A stretch of 41,756 bases of DNA from assembly GCF_001194135.2 (NCBI RefSeq), contig NC_068986.1:89484847-89526602 (forward strand), in the 5' to 3' direction. The notes under the pieces were generated by a model, which worked only from the letters and a program-made list of their open reading frames with translations, did not search any database and had not been told where the DNA came from. Below, piece by piece: positions 37,438-41,756 of the stretch; within the stretch, counting starts at the first letter, position 1, and each line of letters begins with the position of its first letter. Position numbers and translations under genes: made by a program. The DNA is from Octopus bimaculoides. Taxonomy: Eukaryota.

Positions 37438-38603
37438 CAACAACAAAAACAAATAATAATAATAATAATAATAATAATGACAACAACAATAATAATAATA
37501 ATAATAATAACAACAACAACAACAACAACAATAATAATATTATAATAATAATAATGATGATGATGATGNNNNNNNNNNAAGATGACGACGATGATGATGA
37601 TGGGGATTTTTATTTTATTTTGGTTGCGACTATTATAATAATCTTGAAGAATGTCTATTAAAAGGACAAAAATAAATCATCATAAATATTATCATTATTA
37701 TAATTATCACCATCAGCAGCAGCAGCAGCAGTAGCAACAGCAGCAGCAGCGGCAGCAGAAGCAGCAGCCGCTCAGCCACAGCTACCACTGCCGCCAGTAT
37801 CCTTGCAGTTATTTTTGTTGTTATTGTTGGTGTTATTAATGTTGTTGTTGTTTCAGTGATTAATTGAAATCATTAGGAAAAAAAAAACAAATTTCCTATT
37901 ATAATGAAATATATTAAAAATATATAATTACCTAATTTTTTGATAATTATGATAATTATGTCTGATATTATAAATAAATAGATAAGATTATGTTAAAGAA
38001 AAAGCAAAAAAAGACGTCTATGATGATTAGGATAATAATGATGATGATGACCGTGATGGTAGCAGTGATGGTGGTTGGTGCTGGTTGGTCTGATGATGCG
38101 GGAGGTAATGGTAGATCCTGTGGTGGTGTTTTTTGGGGGCGGCGGTAATTTTTGTAGAGGTAGTGTTCGTTGCCCTTGTAGTTATTGTCGTACTTCACCT
38201 TCAGACTTCTTCCTCTGTTAATAGTGTTCTTATTGTTGTTGTTGTTGTTGCTTCTTCTGATTCTCTTGTTTAACCACAGGTCATAACAGCTATACATTAA
38301 ACAGTTGTCCATCATCATCACCATCATCATTTATTATCATTATTTTTGCGGTGTCAGCATTTTCCACTGTAAAATAGCTTTCATTTAAGATATTAGGATG
38401 AGTGGAGAGAAATTTGACTGCTATTTCTAACAAATCAATTGCTCACATAGATACTCTATCTTTGATTTTGCTGTTATTGTTTGCACATTTCTTCAAACGA
38501 CAGACGCCATGTTTGCTGATGATTTCCTTAATTCCATTTATTATCATGTTTAATAACAACATTAATAACAATCACAACATTAATAAAAATATCTTCTTTT
38601 AAT

Positions 38604-38654
<51 letters not shown>

Positions 38655-38792
38655 GCAACAAAACCAACAGAAACAACTACAATGGCAATAATAATAGATG
38701 TACAGATAACATAAAGAATGAGATAACCAACAATAACAATAATAATAATAGTAATAATAGCAAGAATAACTAAGATATTATCAATAATAATA

Positions 38793-38851
<59 letters not shown>

Positions 38852-38936
38852 GACGCTGATGATGGTGGTGGTGGTGGTGGTGATGATGATTCATTTATTT
38901 AATAATGATTTCTTTATTAATAATAATAATGATAAT

Positions 38937-38997
<61 letters not shown>

Positions 38998-39626
38998 CAG
39001 CCATAATGACAGCAATGGCGTTAATAATTGTTGTGATGTGAGAAAGATATCGCTGCTTCCTTTCCCTACAGCAAAATATCCTCTCACCACCACCACCACT
39101 TCCACCACCTCCGCCAACAATTTACCACCATATTTGTTTTCGCTTTACATTTCCGCTGACAAGAATTTCCATTTTAATTTTTATCATAATTCATTTCGCT
39201 TCTTTTGCTATTTCAGTTTATTTGATATTTGATTTCTCCTTCCTCTACCACTCCCCCTCCCTCTCTCCGTCACTCCCTTCACTTCCCTCTTTCTCTCTCT
39301 CCCTCTCTCTCTTTCTCTCTCCTCTCTCTCTCTCCTTCTCTCTCCTTATTGTTATTTTATAATATTTTTCGCGCATTGGCGTTAAATGTTTAATGATAGC
39401 GTAAATTAAAATCTCGTGAACAATTTGATAAACACTTGAATGGGGCAAAGGACATGACATTGTGGAGATGCGGGAGGCGATGTGGGGCGGAGCAGAGGAA
39501 TAAAATCAACAAACTATCAAAGAAATAACAAAAAATAACTAGATATTATCTAAATATTGATCTTAGTGTCAATAATAATTATTTCTGATATAGTCACAAG
39601 GCCAGAAATATACTTAGAAGGGTTAG

Positions 39627-39664
<38 letters not shown>

Positions 39665-40221
39665 CAAATAATATGTGAGTATATGCATATATGCGTACAT
39701 CTACGTGTATATATATATACCTTTCTGGGTACAGGACGTCACAAAAACACGTGGACAAAATGAAAAACAAAACATAAACAGAGCACAGAAAACACACAGG
39801 CCATATAGAGAACATTTCCTTCATCAACTGCCACCATACTAAACTAAGCGTTTCCTCAGGTATATATATATATATATNNNNNNNNNNNNNNNNNNNNNNN
39901 NNNNNNNNNNNNNNNNNNNNNNNNNNNNNNNNNNNNNNNNNNNNNNNNNNNNNNNNNNNNNNNNNNNNNNNNNNNNNNNNNNNNNNNNNNNNNNNNNNNN
40001 NNNNNNNNNNNNNNNNNNNNNNNNNNNNNNNNNNNNNNNNNNNNNNNNNNNNNNNNNNNNNNNNNNNNNNNNNNNNNNNNNNNNNNNNNNNNNNNNNNNN
40101 NNNNNNNNNNNNNNNNNNNNNNNNNNNNNNNNNNNNNNNNNNNNNGAAGAAGAAGAAGAAGAAGAAGAAGAAGAAGAAGAAGAAGAAGAAGAAGAAGAAG
40201 AAGAAGAAGAAGAAGAAGAAG

Positions 40222-40265
<44 letters not shown>

Positions 40266-40362
40266 GGTACAGTCACGTGAATTTCTATGGTTTTACACTC
40301 TGTTTATGTTACTCCCTCATGCTCACATCCGCTCACGTACGGAGACATACGCAGACTCAGAC

Positions 40363-40397
<35 letters not shown>

Positions 40398-40529
40398 TCA
40401 AAATATGCACTTACACGCATGTACCCACATAATACATATATCAAATGGCTACACATAAAAGAATATAAGTACATATGTGTATGTATATACATTTAATATA
40501 TGTGGGTGCGTATATTAATATTAATTTCA

Positions 40530-41275
40530 AATTCGGGTACAAGAGCAACAATTTTAAGGGTAGAAAATTATTCGAAACCAGTACTTCATTGATATTTTAT
40601 CTGATTGCTACATGAAGGATGAAATTCAAATTTGATTTCGACGGAATTTGAACACAGAACGTAACGAACCAGATGAAATATCGCAAAATATTTTTACTGA
40701 CGCTCTAGCTATTCTGCCAATCCATCACCTTTACGGCCCACCTAATAATAGTGATTTCAAATTTTGACACAAGAACTGCAATCTTAAGGCCTTAAGCTCA
40801 ATTCAGACGTCTATGTGAAACTGCTAAAGATTGCGATCAATCCGCGGCTGGACACGCCATATGTGTGTGGTAGCAGAGATCGTCTCCTTACCATACGTCA
40901 GGAAAGAGTCAGAAGTGGTTGTCGGATGAGTCGACTACTTCGAATTCCAGTGAGCAACTCGTACTTATTTTATAGACCTCGAAAGGATGAAGGGCAGATC
41001 CCTCTAAGCATTTTATCCCCAGTGCTAATGATTGTGCCAGCTCACCACCCCGTAATGGTTTCAAATTTTGGTACAAGACATGCAGTTTTAGGGAAGGGTT
41101 TTTAGTCGATGTAATCGACACCTGTACCTAGCTAAGGGTACTTGACTGTGACTACTTGAAAGGAGGTACTTAAACTGGACGGGATATGAAATTAGGATGT
41201 AAAGAGTCGGAACAAATAGCGCAAAGCATTTTCACCGACGGTTTAACGATTCCACTAATCTGCCACCTTCACAAC
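40530..41275 (-). mobile_element. Cluster of about three heavily decayed SINE family 1 remnants
   Basis: Repeated GAAGGATGAA..GGAATTTGAACACAGAACGTAAC..TTCTGCCA, TTTTATAGACCTCGAAAGGATGAAGGGCA, and GTCGATGTAATCGAC..TAACGATTC motifs. Confidence 0.55.
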
Positions 41276-41692
41276 TCACCTAACAATAATAAAAACAACA
41301 ACAATAGTAGTAGCACTTGCAGGTAATTTTTTAAAATAAGATAACAACAAAAAAAAGTAAACTAAATAAAGGCAGGTATAACAAACAAAACCACGAAATA
41401 TTACAAAGTATAAATAAACGAAAATCAAAATATAATTCAAAAAATGATGTTACAAATTTTTTAATCAATTTTCTATTTTTCAAAATGTTGATGTCATTGT
41501 GTTGTTTTTGTTGTTGTTGTTATTGTTGTTGTTGTTGTTGTTGTTGTTACATCCACTTTAGTGTTTAATTATTGAAATGTGTTAATTTCTCTTTTTCTTC
41601 TAAACCCTCTGCAACTTCCTTTCCCTTCATTCACACCCCCTATTTATCATTTGTGTTCTACTCCGCCCAGCTCCCTCTTTTCCACTATCTCC

Positions 41693-41694
41693 CA

Positions 41695-41756
<62 letters not shown>
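41693..41756. repeat. (CT)n microsatellite
   Basis: Direct reading; runs to the window edge. Confidence 0.95.

Noticed and set aside
39780-39865. Minus-strand GAAACGC...TTGATGAAGG motifs suggestive of PLE hammerhead pieces
   Set aside because: The motifs cannot be assembled into a complete fold, and the rest is lost in the adjacent gap.

Overview
AT-rich, gap-ridden, repeat-saturated eukaryotic DNA. The repeat families and microsatellite load suggest an octopus/cephalopod draft assembly (inference). No host gene exon, tRNA, rRNA or CRISPR array could be supported; nearly all long ORFs in the track are microsatellite or N-gap artefacts. The window holds: (1) ten 3' fragments of at least four families of R4/Dong-type RLE non-LTR retrotransposons, mostly abutting (AAT)n, six of them stacked on the + strand at 3.9-7.6 kb; (2) three decayed L1/Tx1-like LINE 3' fragments; (3) many tRNA-derived SINEs of about three families, including a recurrent dimeric SINE and copies with clear TSDs; (4) Penelope-like element (PLE) remnants. 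The most striking structure is a ~1.08 kb imperfect palindrome (16087-17168). It consists of two head-to-head PLE 3' ends (GIY-YIG C-terminus plus 3' UTR), each carrying a decayed type I hammerhead ribozyme. A separate hammerhead-like motif with an unusually long stem II lies at 15276-15410. All alignments and folds were done by eye.
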